The notes: a model not told the origin generated them from the letters alone. DNA of 63,765 nucleotides, filler included, from Stramenopiles sp. TOSAG23-3 (GCA_900128585.1; 10 parts of 10 records of this genome joined end to end with filler, not necessarily neighbours in it); one strand, 5' to 3'. Shown: positions 21,947 through 32,630, counted from the whole stretch's first letter. Numbers and translations: made by a program.

Positions 21947-24900
21947 AAGAAACGGGAGGAGGAGGAGAGGACGCAGCGAAACACGGAGGCAGTCAGGAGA
22001 CGCCGTGAGGATCACACCTCGTTCAAAAGATGTGTACACAAAATGTACCACAATGGTTCTATGTGCAGTCATGTACCTACGCCTCTAACAGAATGTGAAA
22101 AGGCGGACATCATCACAAAATTCTCAGACTACGTCAACATTGCGTCTCGTGTGTGTCAAACCTGTGGTGTTGAACGAGACTGCAGGACTAATTTTAACAG
22201 AGTCAAAATTTTTTTAAAAACCGGAAAAGATGCGTACGAAAAAGCAAAAGAATTTGCCACGAAAGATGGGTTTGTGACAAGTTCAGTTAGCCTAAACCTA
22301 ACCCAAACCCTAAACCATAGTGGGTATTGTCTTAACCCAAGGTTGGAGCATTTTAAAGCTCCTGATAACAGTATTGAATTGCGCCATGAAGAAACATACA
22401 CTTCTCCCGATGATTTGGTGACTGTTACATTGGCTGTGTGCAAAGCGAAGCAAGAGAATCGTTGCCAGGAACTTTGGAATCGCATGTTTGGAAATAAGAC
22501 ATTACTGACATGCAAAAAATGTCTAACGACGAACCATTGGTGCAGCTTTTCCAACTTCGAACCGGGAAGAATTCCTGCAGACTTACAGGCACTGGAACCA
22601 AACATTTTGGAAAGAGCAATATTGTCAAAACGCATATGGTCGTCCAAGGGAATGAAGCTCAACGGTAAATTTGAGGGCACAGTAGTGTGCATTAAAAGCA
22701 CACTCGAAGAGGAGGTAGCCTCGGTAGTAAACAAGCTGCCAAGAAAAAATGCACTGGAATATATATCTGCGCAATTCGTTGGTGGAAAAGAGAAACTTGG
22801 AGGTTGTGCTAATGATGCGAATAAGCTTATGCGTGGGCTAAAAGCATCGCTCTCGAAATTAAAATTGCTAATGAAGCTCGTACCAAAACGATTCAGAGAT
22901 GACCGCGTTCAGTGGGCAGATGTACAAACGGAAGTACCAAACGTGGAGATTCTATGCTCGGACAGCCAAGAAGTCTTCAGAGCTGAATCACAGCTAGGAG
23001 GGCATTACGCTGACAAAATTCAACCAGAAAGTGATGAGAATAGTCAAAGCTCTGCAACGTCAGGTGCCATTGAATACGTCATGCTACAAGAAACCAACAT
23101 TGACATGAACAATGAGGATATCGGTGTTGTATCGGCCCTGCAACAAAAGATGGGAATGGCACCTGTTGTTGCAGAGCTTCGATATGGACTATTAAATGAA
23201 ATGAAGGCACTAGGGCAGATTCTCCAAGAGACGTTTACCTTGAATTTCCCCGTCGATGCAATTCCCGAAGGGGTGTCGTTTTCTGAAGTAAAGGATTACC
23301 TTCTTCACTTTTACGATCGCAGGTTTCAGAAAAACAAAGAACTGATTTTGTACTTAGGAAACGTTCATCAGCGGTTTCAATGCTTGTTCGAAACAAACCA
23401 TCGGTTGAGAGCTCACTCTGACCAGAGCAAAGAGTTTATCGAAATGGTGAACAAAGACGGGTTTAAAGAGAAGCTGAAAACTGCCAAAGATCATTTTGCA
23501 AGAATGGAAAAATTGCAGTTCGACTTTACTGCCCTTAGTACACTTCCGGAATCAACGCCACAACGAGAAACGGTGGCAAATCTGCGAAGACAAATTTCAG
23601 CCTTAAAGGCTGATGAAAGCTATCAACAATCTAAAGCTGTGGTCGACACACTCAAAAAGATGCTTCATATGACACAATCTAGAATATCTTTTGGGAAAGC
23701 AGAACGTCTGGCCTTGTTTCCTATATTCTTGGCATACCGCGATTATCATGGAAGTTCAAATCTTTGGGTGACGCTAAATGTGCAAGTAAGAAACTCTGGG
23801 ATTGCGTTTAAAATGACCTATGCTGGCGAAAACCATAATTTGGATAAGGACTTTGTGCTCATGAACGTACGTGTCAACAGGATCAATGAGAACCCTGTAG
23901 CACGTGTCAAAGCTTTCCTATTGCTGTCCCGTGCTACATTCAAGTTCATGTTTGGTATTGAGAGCAGTGAGTTCACAAAAGCAACGAAGGAGGGTAGAAG
24001 AAGAGGGTTGTTTGGAACTGCACATGCAATGGCTGCTGTAACAGAGGATACAGAGAGAGGAAACCTGCATATTCACGCCATGTTATGGGTTGAAAACCAC
24101 GTTAGAATAATGCAAACGTTTCTTGACGACCAGGAAAAACGAAAAAAACTAGAAACGTATATAGCGTCCATTGTAACAGCACACTTCGACGAACAGGATC
24201 ATGACAGATACGATAAATTTCGTTTTGCAACAGAAAAGTTGAACGAGGAAAAGAATCGACTTTTGGGACAGAAACAACATTTGCGAAACACAAATCAGTG
24301 TACCGTTGGTGTGAATGAAGCTATAAAAGCCATTACCGAAAAAGCTCTACCTAAACCGTTTCCTTTTACACTTCTTCGTCGACCATCAACCAAACGTACT
24401 CTGGTCCCAACCTCGTATTGGCATGCTGTCGAGTTTGTAGGAATACTAAAGCAACGATTGAACACTTCAGACAGAGGACATTCCTGTGTAGAAGATAATG
24501 TGTGCAGGAGGTGCTTGATACAAAGTGCTCAGGCCTGCCCCAAGTGTGCGTACGTATACTGTTCCAAATGCATTGACGAATACAACAAAAACTGTGTTGA
24601 AGTCGACATTCCAAGTGAATGTCCAAACTGTGGCCCAACCGCGTGTAGAAAAAGAAAACGTTTCCAAAACAGTGTAAACGGAATGTCTATGTCTATGGAT
24701 GCAGAATACGACGACAAACCACAGTTGCGTTCAGGTGAACTTTCCGACATTGTAAACGGAATGTCTATGTCTATGGATGCAGAATACGACGACAAACCAC
24801 AACTTTCCGACATTGAAAAAAACAAGCTCTTGTTGTACATGGTAGAGCGTCGCCGTGTAAAGTGCATGTATAGGGTAATTCACATTCACCAGGCAACGTG

Positions 24901-27900
24901 CACAAAAACAAAGCGTGGAAAGTTATGCTGCCGTATGGGTTTTCCAAGACCAAAGGTAGAAAAAGGCGGATTTTGCCAACTATCAAAAAACAAAGATGGT
25001 GAGTTGATCATAAACTCTGACATTGAAACATTAACACGAGACCCACAATCAGGGTTGTCACAAAATGGGTACCCAGACGAAGCAATCGATTCACCCGACA
25101 ATCGGATTATTGCAATTAATATCGCGCGCCCAAAGGAAAGGGACCAAAGAATTGTCGAACACAACAGTGTCGTACTTGGTCTATTAGGGTACAACTTCAA
25201 CGCACAATTTATTGGTTCGGAGAGTGCGGCAAAAAATTTAATGATGTACATGGTGAAGTATTCTACTCTGAAATCGTTTGATAAACGGTGTTGGCATACT
25301 TTGGTGCAATCGCAAATGTGTCTGGAACATGTACGTCAACACCCAAGTACTGCAGATAATACCGGAACGAATCGTCGAACAGCATTGCATTTTCTTCAGA
25401 GGTTAAACAACAAAATTATGTCTTCCCAAGAAGTATCAATCGAAACCGTGACTGCAAATTTGCTAGGGGCACACGCACATCATTTATCCCACCAAACTGT
25501 ATTTATCTATCCGTGGCAGGCAGCACGGTTTGTGGCTGAAAATTGGTTCAATTCAATGGGTATGACTGCTGATTACCCGAGTGCAACGTCATTTACGATG
25601 TCAAATGGGCAATTCGGAGTACACCCTGTAGGGGAAGAAGACAATAGTGAACCCCGACGCACTGCAGCCGCACACAGCGCTCAACAAACTTCCTTTGACA
25701 ATGAACAGGGAGGGCACAGCGACCAAGAGGTACTAGTCCCTGATGCAGATGAGCGTTTCTATTCTCGCAATGAGAATAACTTTTCGCTTATCGAACTGAA
25801 TACTAGTGGTGCAGTAACAGTGTGCACCCCTGTCTTGCATTACTTTTACCGAGGAAACAATTCCCTAACACAATTAAACTTTTTGGAGTACCACAGCATG
25901 GTTAAAATTGTGAAAAAGAGGTTAGACGCTCCAGAGATAAATTCAAATGTTGGGCGTAAACGTTACCCTACATATGACCTACACGAGAAACATCCGTGGA
26001 CCCACACACACGTTCAGCAAATGCGGGCAAAACATGTCCTTCCTTGTAGGTGTGGAAAAAAGGAACCCCTTTACCCTGTGAAACGAAAACACGAATCGGA
26101 ACATTCCTTTCAACAACGACGACAGCATTTTGTCAATTACTTTGCGGTTCTCCTGGTGCCATGGCCTGCGGACTACTTCAACGATCAACATCATTCTAAC
26201 CAGTTCCAGCTAGCTCACACATGGACAGGGTTTTGTCGCTACATATACCGTGCAAAACTCAAATATCAGGCATTCGTACACGAGAATAACCGTGGTACAT
26301 TTTCGGACTCAATTCCTATTGAGGATGTATTATCTTTTGGCCGCTACAACAATTTCCTCAACATAGTATCCAGTCGATCACCTGACTCAAAGAACGCGAA
26401 ATTACATTTGCAATTTCGCAGTAGAGACGTGAAGACGTGGCAATGGATGAGAGAAAACGGTTTTAGCCACGAAATTCCCACAATGTACACTTTCAGACAG
26501 CCTCAAACAACCACTGAATCCCTGGCACGAGAGGAAAAAAGGCGAATGATAGAAACCCTTGATTCAAAAACTTCAAGACAATGGGAAATAAAAAAGCAGT
26601 TTTTGGACACACTACATCGTGCTACTATGTTTCTTGATAACTGTGATGGCGATTATACCTCTGTGAGTTCGCCGTCTGCGCCACAACATAGTGTTGTACA
26701 TACAGAAGCATACAGTACGCAGCAACTGGCGGCAATACAGTTACAGTTGGAACGTACCCCTGCAGAACTTACCGATCAACCCGCCGCTCCATTTGGACCA
26801 AACCCGGCAACTGCTGCTCTTCTAACAGCAGACCCGCCATCACACCTGGGAAATGAGCAGAAACAAGTATTCTCCAAGATCATGAAGAAGGTACAGCGAG
26901 GAGAACAAGTTCTGGAATTTCTGTGTGGCCCTCCAGGGACTGGAAAAACATACCTTGTGAATCAGATAGTTGAGCGGCTTCTTGCGTCCCACCTCCGCAT
27001 AGAGGGATGTGCGCCAACTGGTAAAGCCAGTACGCTTATGAGAATAGGAAGACAGTCTGGCCAGACTTTTCACACATTATTCGGCATACCCGGCCGTTCG
27101 GGCGAGCAACGCCGCACGATCAGTAAAGCAAAACAAGAGAAACTATTTCACTTAATTAAAAACGTTGATCTGATAGTTATCGACGAGGCTTTCATGTTGT
27201 CTGCCACATTGTTTGCGGAAGCGCAGAACAACCTGGTGCAAGTACATAAAATGTTTGCTGCTAACAATCCGACTGACCAGACACGACGAGATCCAAACCA
27301 GCCATTCCTTGGAATGCATATTCTCATGGTTGGAGATCCATTTCAAATCCCTCCAATAGGAGGTGCATCGCTATTTTCTGCACTTGTTCGTCTCTCAGTT
27401 GCTAACAACTTGGGTGTTACTCAGTCAGAACTGAGCCGTATCGTAACCATGCTAGGAGCAACTCTCTTTTCCAAATTTCGTGCAAACTTCTTAACAGAAA
27501 TGCAGAGGAGTCACGGAGACATAGAATTTCAAAACTTATTAAAGACCTTTTACACTGAAAAATTTCCCCTCAACGACGCTGCACTTAATAGCATCCAAAA
27601 CTTTACCGAAGACGTAGTACAGGATGATCCAAAATTCGTAAATGCCACGTACTTGGTTGCAACGAACGTTGAACGACATATGCTGAACTCGAAAAGTGCA
27701 AGGCGCTTTGCAAGGCGAACTGGTCAGACACTATATAAATTCTACAACCCGGGTAAACTGCGCGGTGCACAAAAATTCAACACTGCATACAGTCCTGAAG
27801 GACTCTGCCCGATATCCACACGCATGGAACAGCTGTACGGCGACGTCGGCTATAGTTCTTATTTTGTCGTGGGTGCACCAGGTCTTCTGTTGGAAAATAT

Positions 27901-28795
27901 AGCAGTCCCTCTCGGGCTGGCAAACGGGACTGCTTGTCGTTATCATTCATTTGTCCCACACCCTGAACATATCGATATTATTGCTAACAAACATGAAACG
28001 GCCAATACCGACAGAGAACGCATTATCACAATACCGCAGCCAAAGTACATCAACGTCTTTGTAGATGGCCTGTACGAAGTCAATGTTCTGGGAACGACAC
28101 TTCAGGTGAAGGACTCTCATTTTCAAAACAACATGAAACATGGAATTGCAAAAGGACATAAGATCACCTTGATGTATCATGAAGAATTTGACCGATTCAT
28201 CCCCCCTGCTGAAAGATGGACCGGTGGAAGGTCTCATACAATACAATCAGTTCTTCGCCTATCGAATATCGTCCCTGCTTCAAAACTACAAAACAGTAAA
28301 GACAAGGACTGCCAAAGACTTTCTGTAACCCTTACGTTCGCTACCACGATTCATAAGGCCCAAGGCATGAATATGGAACGAGCGATTGTAGTTTTGAACA
28401 AAAAAAATAACAAATACTTTGGAAAGTTTACTCTCGGCCAAATTTACGTTGCATTGTCAAGAGTGCGACAATTAAAACACGTGGCAAAGTTGGTTTCAAA
28501 TGATACTTCCCATCTACAAAGTCTGTGTTATGACAATACCTTGTTAACATGGAAAAGTAACTATGACTCAAATGGGCAGTGGCGCTCCAATGGCATAAGT
28601 GCTGATGCAGTCGTTCATGTTCTCGAACAACTAGACGAGTTGTCTTTTGAATCCAGGTCAACATTAGTCGAAGTCTACAAATTATTAGGCATCAGGTACG
28701 CTAATGTCCGTCTGCAAACGATGCAAAGTCGAGTTCGCACTTGGTACAATTTAGCACAAGCTAGTATAAGAAGAAGAAATCGCACTGAGGCCTGA
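21947..28795 (+). CDS. Helitron RepHel transposase (HUH Rep + Pif1/SF1B helicase), Helitron2/Helentron-like; frame open to the contig edge
   Basis: Rep motifs LWVTLN, ERGNLHIHAMLW (HUH), YMVKY; helicase GPPGTGKT, IVIDEAFM, VGDPFQIPP, TIHKAQG, YVALSRV; N-terminal CxxC...GRIPADLQAL...LPR region; no stop from 21947. Confidence 0.93.
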   Translation, partial: KKREEEERTQRNTEAVRRRREDHTSFKRCVHKMYHNGSMCSHVPTPLTECEKADIITKFSDYVNIASRVCQTCGVERDCRTNFNRVKIFLKTGKDAYEKAKEFATKDGFVTSSVSLNLTQTLNHSGYCLNPRLEHFKAPDNSIELRHEETYTSPDDLVTVTLAVCKAKQENRCQELWNRMFGNKTLLTCKKCLTTNHWCSFSNFEPGRIPADLQALEPNILERAILSKRIWSSKGMKLNGKFEGTVVCIKSTLEEEVASVVNKLPRKNALEYISAQFVGGKEKLGGCANDANKLMRGLKASLSKLKLLMKLVPKRFRDDRVQWADVQTEVPNVEILCSDSQEVFRAESQLGGHYADKIQPESDENSQSSATSGAIEYVMLQETNIDMNNEDIGVVSALQQKMGMAPVVAELRYGLLNEMKALGQILQETFTLNFPVDAIPEGVSFSEVKDYLLHFYDRRFQKNKELILYLGNVHQRFQCLFETNHRLRAHSDQSKEFIEMVNKDGFKEKLKTAKDHFARMEKLQFDFTALSTLPESTPQRETVANLRRQISALKADESYQQSKAVVDTLKKMLHMTQSRISFGKAERLALFPIFLAYRDYHGSSNLWVTLNVQVRNSGIAFKMTYAGENHNLDKDFVLMNVRVNRINENPVARVKAFLLLSRATFKFMFGIESSEFTKATKEGRRRGLFGTAHAMAAVTEDTERGNLHIHAMLWVENHVRIMQTFLDDQEKRKKLETYIASIVTAHFDEQDHDRYDKFRFATEKLNEEKNRLLGQKQHLRNTNQCTVGVNEAIKAITEKALPKPFPFTLLRRPSTKRTLVPTSYWHAVEFVGILKQRLNTSDRGHSCVEDNVCRRCLIQSAQACPKCAYVYCSKCIDEYNKNCVEVDIPSECPNCGPTACRKRKRFQNSVNGMSMSMDAEYDDKPQLRSGELSDIVNGMSMSMDAEYDDKPQLSDIEKNKLLLYMVERRRVKCMYRVIHIHQATCTKTKRGKLCCRMGFPRPKVEKGGFCQLSKNKDGELIINSDIETLTRDPQSGLSQNGYPDEAIDSPDNRIIAINIARPKERDQRIVEHNSVVLGLLGYNFNAQFIGSESAAKNLMMYMVKYSTLKSFDKRCWHTLVQSQMCLEHVRQHPSTADNTGTNRRTALHFLQRLNNKIMSSQEVSIETVTANLLGAHAHHLSHQTVFIYPWQAARFVAENWFNSMGMTADYPSATSFTMSNGQFGVHPVGEEDNSEPRRTAAAHSAQQTSFDNEQGGHSDQEVLVPDADERFYSRNENNFSLIELNTSGAVTVCTPVLHYFYRGNNSLTQLNFLEYHSMVKIVKKRLDAPEINSNVGRKRYPTYDLHEKHPWTHTHVQQMRAKHVLPCRCGKKEPLYPVKRKHESEHSFQQRRQHFVNYFAVLLVPWPADYFNDQHHSNQFQLAHTWTGFCRYIYRAKLKYQAFVHENNRGTFSDSIPIEDVLSFGRYNNFLNIVSSRSPDSKNAKLHLQFRSRDVKTWQWMRENGFSHEIPTMYTFRQPQTTTESLAREEKRRMIETLDSKTSRQWEIKKQFLDTLHRATMFLDNCDGDYTSVSSPSAPQHSVVHTEAYSTQQLAAIQLQLERTPAELTDQPAAPFGPNPATAALLTADPPSHLGNEQKQVFSKIMKKVQRGEQVLEFLCGPPGTGKTYLVNQIVERLLASHLRIEGCAPTGKASTLMRIGRQSGQTFHTLFGIPGRSGEQRRTISKAKQEKLFHLIKNVDLIVIDEAFMLSATLFAEAQNNLVQVHKMFAANNPTDQTRRDPNQPFLGMHILMVGDPFQIPPIGGASLFSALVRLSVANNLGVTQSELSRIVTMLGATLFSKFRANFLTEMQRSHGDIEFQNLLKTFYTEKFPLNDAALNSIQNFTEDVVQDDPKFVNATYLVATNVERHMLNSKSARRFARRTGQTLYKFYNPGKLRGAQKFNTAYSPEGLCPISTRMEQLYGDVGYSSYFVVGAPGLLLENIAVPLGLANGTACRYHSFVPHPEHIDIIANKHETANTDRERIITIPQPKYINVFVDGLYEVNVLGTTLQVKDSHFQNNMKHGIAKGHKITLMYHEEFDRFIPPAERWTGGRSHTIQSVLRLSNIVPASKLQNSKDKDCQRLSVTLTFATTIHKAQGMNMERAIVVLNKKNNKYFGKFTLGQIYVALSRVRQLKHVAKLVSNDTSHLQSLCYDNTLLTWKSNYDSNGQWRSNGISADAVVHVLEQLDELSFESRSTLVEVYKLLGIRYANVRLQTMQSRVRTWYNLAQASIRRRNRTEA

Positions 28796-28837
28796 GCTAG
28801 AAAGAAGTTCATTCTCTTCACCATTGGAAATAAATGA

Positions 28838-29414
28838 AGATAGTGTACTAGATGTCGTAAATAGCATTGTATTCTGTTAATAATTAGAAGACTTCTTATT
28901 AAGTTGACAGGTTAACGCGACACCGTTGACTTGACAAACACTGAATTTAGAATCCAGATAACAGCATTATAACACTGCTACAATACTTTTCTGTACTCAT
29001 TAAATATTCTGCAATAATACAACAGGCTATGGCATTGTATCGTCTGCAACAACAAGTTCTTCTTGNNNNNNNNNNNNNNNNNNNNNNNNNNNNNNNNNNN
29101 NNNNNNNNNNNNNNNNNNNNNNNNNNNNNNNNNNNNNNNNNNNNNNNNNNNNNNNNNNNNNNNNNNNNNNGCATTGTATCGTCTGCAACAACAAGTTCTT
29201 CTTGTCAGATACTGTACTAGATGTCGTAAATAGCATTGTATTCTGTTAAATTAGAAGACTTCTTATTCGCGTTAACTTGACAAACACTGAATTTACAATC
29301 CAGATAACAGCATTATAACACTGCTACAATAGTTTTCTGTACTCATTAAATATTCTGCAATAATACACCAGGCTATGGCATTGTATCGTCTGCAACAACA
29401 AGTTCTTCTTGTCA
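28838..29414. repeat. ~210-230 bp tandem repeat array just downstream of RepHel (partly gapped)
   Basis: AGATA.TGTACTAGATGTCGTAAATAGCATTG...GGCATTGTATCGTCTGCAACAACAAGTTCTTCTTG present as two near-full units plus a unit tail after the gap. Confidence 0.9.
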
Positions 29415-29587
29415 GCCCACTACTACTATTATTATTGCACGGAAGCCTATTGGGATAGTGCAGAGAGTTTCTTTTTGAAAATGGGACTAAAGTACCTCCA
29501 AATCGATTGGTTTCCAGAATACAAGGGCAAAATAATCATCAACAATCAAAACCAAAATTAAAATCGACATCAATAACAAAAACAATC

Positions 29588-29917
29588 ATGAGTAATTACT
29601 TTGTAAAAAAAACAAACCTAAAACCCATTACGTGTGGCATTCCGTGGGTCGGGTGTCGACTGTACAAAGGCATGGGGCAAGGCATGGCGGACGTAAGTAT
29701 GGCGGACTACCCAACGGGGTACTGGGGGGCTACGGTAATTGCTCGTCTTCGAGACGAATGGGTTTTACGTTTCGACGAAACGTACGGCGATTTATGGGAC
29801 TCTTCTTGGCAGTTCGACGATCCGCCAGAAAGCAGACTGGAGTTCGAACGAACCGGGCGAGAGATCGTCTACTACGGCGAAATTGAAGAAGCCGATGAGT
29901 TTTATGTAACAAAATAA
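29588..29917 (+). CDS. Small hypothetical protein, possible Tudor/SH3-like barrel
   Basis: 109-aa ATG ORF, GC-richer than its flanks; VGCRLYK...GYWGATVIAR...WVLRFDE pattern. Confidence 0.55.
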   Translation: MSNYFVKKTNLKPITCGIPWVGCRLYKGMGQGMADVSMADYPTGYWGATVIARLRDEWVLRFDETYGDLWDSSWQFDDPPESRLEFERTGREIVYYGEIEEADEFYVTK

Positions 29918-30187
29918 ATTCTTCGCAAAGTACTTTGGCGAAATTGAAGAAGCCGATGAGTTTTATGTAACAAAATAAATTCTTCGTAAAGTACTTTATA
30001 ATAATAATAATGTAGTGACAAAATACTATACAGTACGAAAGTAAAAATAATATTATGTCCTTCAAAACACACTGCTTTGGGGAATCACTTGTTCGCCGAT
30101 GAGCTAATCGGGTTTCCATAACCCACTCTGGGTTTTTTCACTGGTGCTGGTTCCTCGTCCCATTTCCGTTTTCCGCCTGGAAGCGGT

Positions 30188-31072
30188 TCAACCCAATCTG
30201 GGTTTTTTCACTGGTGTTGGTTCCTCGTCCCAGTTCCGTTTTCCGCCTGGAAGCGGTTCATCGTCAACATCATATACGGACTTCTTTTCCTCAAGCATTT
30301 CCGCTCGCTCTGCCAACGCTGCTTTTGCAACTTCATCTGGGTCGTCACCTTCAATAGACTTGCCCTTTTTGTTTACCAAAAACAAGTTCGTGTCCACTTT
30401 CATCGGGCGACCCTTCTCCAACAAGACCAAGTCCTTCATGAATACGGCCTTCACACCATACATGTCTGGGTCACTTTTGCTCTGGAAGAAATACAAACGC
30501 AGCGGTATATGTACCACTGCATTCGTAATGCTTTCTTTAAGCAACGACACTTTGCTAAGGCGTCCATCCTTAACAGTTTGAAATGCTACTGCTGCCATCG
30601 GCTGACCCGAGTAAGCAAAAGCTTTCTGTGTCATCACAATGGTTTCGCCAGCATTCCAGGCAATCTTTGCACCGCTTATGAAAGCCTCTGCATTCTTTCG
30701 CTTACCGGCCTTCTTTCCTTTCTCGTTCTCATAGACCAGCCTTAGTAACTGATGAGTGGCATCCATCAGCATCTTTCCTTGCTCCTCGGCCATCATGCGA
30801 TTCTCCTTCTTAAGATTCCTTAGCCAGGAAGAATCGTCTCTTGGAATTCGTACCCGAAGAACACGCTTTGCATCTTTCCTCTGTCGACAGAAGCGAAGGT
30901 TCCCCTCTTCAGTGAGGTTGTGTGAGTCAATCTGCATCCCTTGAAGGTGAAGCTTCAAAGGTACGACCCTGCCATTATCCTTCACCCCCAGCTCCTTGAA
31001 ATAGGAATGGTGGAATAAGACTGTCGTTTCCAACAACTCTTCGGATATCCGTTTGCCATAATCAGCGTTCAT
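30188..31072 (-). CDS. Hypothetical protein, candidate OB-fold ssDNA-binding protein with acidic tail and C-terminal NLS
   Basis: 294-aa intact ORF; strand pattern VVHIPLRLYFF...MYGVKAVFMKDLVLLE; acidic tail ending PVKKPRLG. The ORF is well supported; the function is inferred. Confidence 0.6.
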   Translation of the reverse strand: MNADYGKRISEELLETTVLFHHSYFKELGVKDNGRVVPLKLHLQGMQIDSHNLTEEGNLRFCRQRKDAKRVLRVRIPRDDSSWLRNLKKENRMMAEEQGKMLMDATHQLLRLVYENEKGKKAGKRKNAEAFISGAKIAWNAGETIVMTQKAFAYSGQPMAAVAFQTVKDGRLSKVSLLKESITNAVVHIPLRLYFFQSKSDPDMYGVKAVFMKDLVLLEKGRPMKVDTNLFLVNKKGKSIEGDDPDEVAKAALAERAEMLEEKKSVYDVDDEPLPGGKRNWDEEPTPVKKPRLG

Positions 31073-31923
31073 GGTGTGATATTTTCGTAAATCTTTTTAG
31101 CAATTTTATCTTTTATCAAATTTATTTGTTATACATATACAACTTCATGCAAACGCTTTCTTTTCTGAACGCTTTCTTTTCTGAACGCAACACATACGCC
31201 CGAACATGTTACGTGTACCACATATACCCACACCCACCGACAGCTGCGTACAATTGTATTATTATTATTGAATTCATTATTATAATCACTACCACCGAGC
31301 CATACTATACTACTACAACACCAGCAAAAATACAATTTCCTCGGTGATGGACANNNNNNNNNNNNNNNNNNNNNNNNNNNNNNNNNNNNNNNNNNNNNNN
31401 NNNNNNNNNNNNNNNNNNNNNNNNNNNNNNNNNTCCTCGGTGATGGACACAACGTATCCACTATGACTCCACTATGATATGTACCTGATGGACTTATTTC
31501 GTTCACATTATTTACTACGACTTCTACTTCTTCTTTTAACCCAAATACCTTCCTAGGACGATGTTATACAACTTTTTTCTCCTATTTTTGTTTGAAAGAC
31601 CACAACAATACTGTCATTTTACAACAACTACAACAAATTTTTTTGCTTCGACGTGCTTTTTTCTTTCCCATTCTGCTTTTTTGTTCGAGTTGTTTGTTGT
31701 TTATATGTTTCTTGAGTTTTCGTATTTGGTTTTAAAGTTGTTTGTTCGCGTAAAATTTCTTCTTGTTCGTGTGTATGTTTTTCTTATTTGTTGATAAATT
31801 TTATTATATAATATAATTATCGTTCAATAGTGCGTGCTTTTAATTAATTTCTTAGTTAAATTAAATTAAACGATTGACTTATCAATTGTCTTTTGTTTTA
31901 TAGCGCTGTTTATAATATTTACT

Positions 31924-32376
31924 ATGCCATTAACATTGCCAAGGGACGTCCTCATCCTGATATTTCAGTACCACCCCTTTTGGACCCAAAAAAATGTGTA
32001 CCGCAACTATTTCCTCCTGTCGTCGGTGTGTCCATCCTGGAACGACGCATTGACATTCATTCGCCAAACGCACCGGCAGTTGTTTCAGCAAATATTTCAA
32101 CAAATTACACCGATACAGAAAAGCATCCCGGTCCAACCATTGGATTATCGCTGGAGATGGACCGCCCGCAAGACCGAGCAATATTTTGACTCCTACTTTT
32201 ACAAAGCAAGGAGATTTTTGGAAATCAAGGGTATTTCGGAACGAAGCACGGCGAAAACGTTGTCCAAATTCCTGAAAAACTATTTCAGGCAAGTGCGCGT
32301 GTACTCGTGCGCGTGGCAGCAGAAGTCAGTGTCCATCATGTGCTGGAAACCTAGGGCGAAGATCGACATCTCTTAG
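31924..32376 (+). CDS. F-box-like protein
   Basis: LTLPRDVLILIFQY...LSSVCPSWN matches the F-box consensus LP.E....IF.YL...L..VCK.W. Confidence 0.7.
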   Translation: MPLTLPRDVLILIFQYHPFWTQKNVYRNYFLLSSVCPSWNDALTFIRQTHRQLFQQIFQQITPIQKSIPVQPLDYRWRWTARKTEQYFDSYFYKARRFLEIKGISERSTAKTLSKFLKNYFRQVRVYSCAWQQKSVSIMCWKPRAKIDIS

Positions 32377-32396
32377 AACTGGGTAGTCGCGACAAC

Positions 32397-32630
32397 GATA
32401 GATTTGAAAAATAAATGATAGATTTGATGGTATTCCATGTTATATAAATGATAGATGGTATTCGATGTAATATAATAAATGATAGATTTGAAGAATAAAT
32501 GATAGATTTGAAGAATAAATGATAGATTTGAAGAATAAATGATAGATTTGAAGAATAAATGATAGATTTGATGGTATTCCATGTATATAAATGATAGATG
32601 CTATTCCATGTGGTAGATTTGAAGAATAAA
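32397..32630. repeat. 20-bp minisatellite GATAGATTTGAAGAATAAAT with higher-order variants
   Basis: Several exact tandem copies at 32481-32570 plus degenerate flanking copies. Confidence 0.9.

Noticed and set aside
31500-31800. Additional accessory ORF in the Helitron contig
   Set aside because: Only short, stop-interrupted, low-complexity frames next to a gap.
32397-32630. CRISPR-like array
   Set aside because: The repeats are head-to-tail with no unique spacers, there are no cas genes, and the context is eukaryotic.
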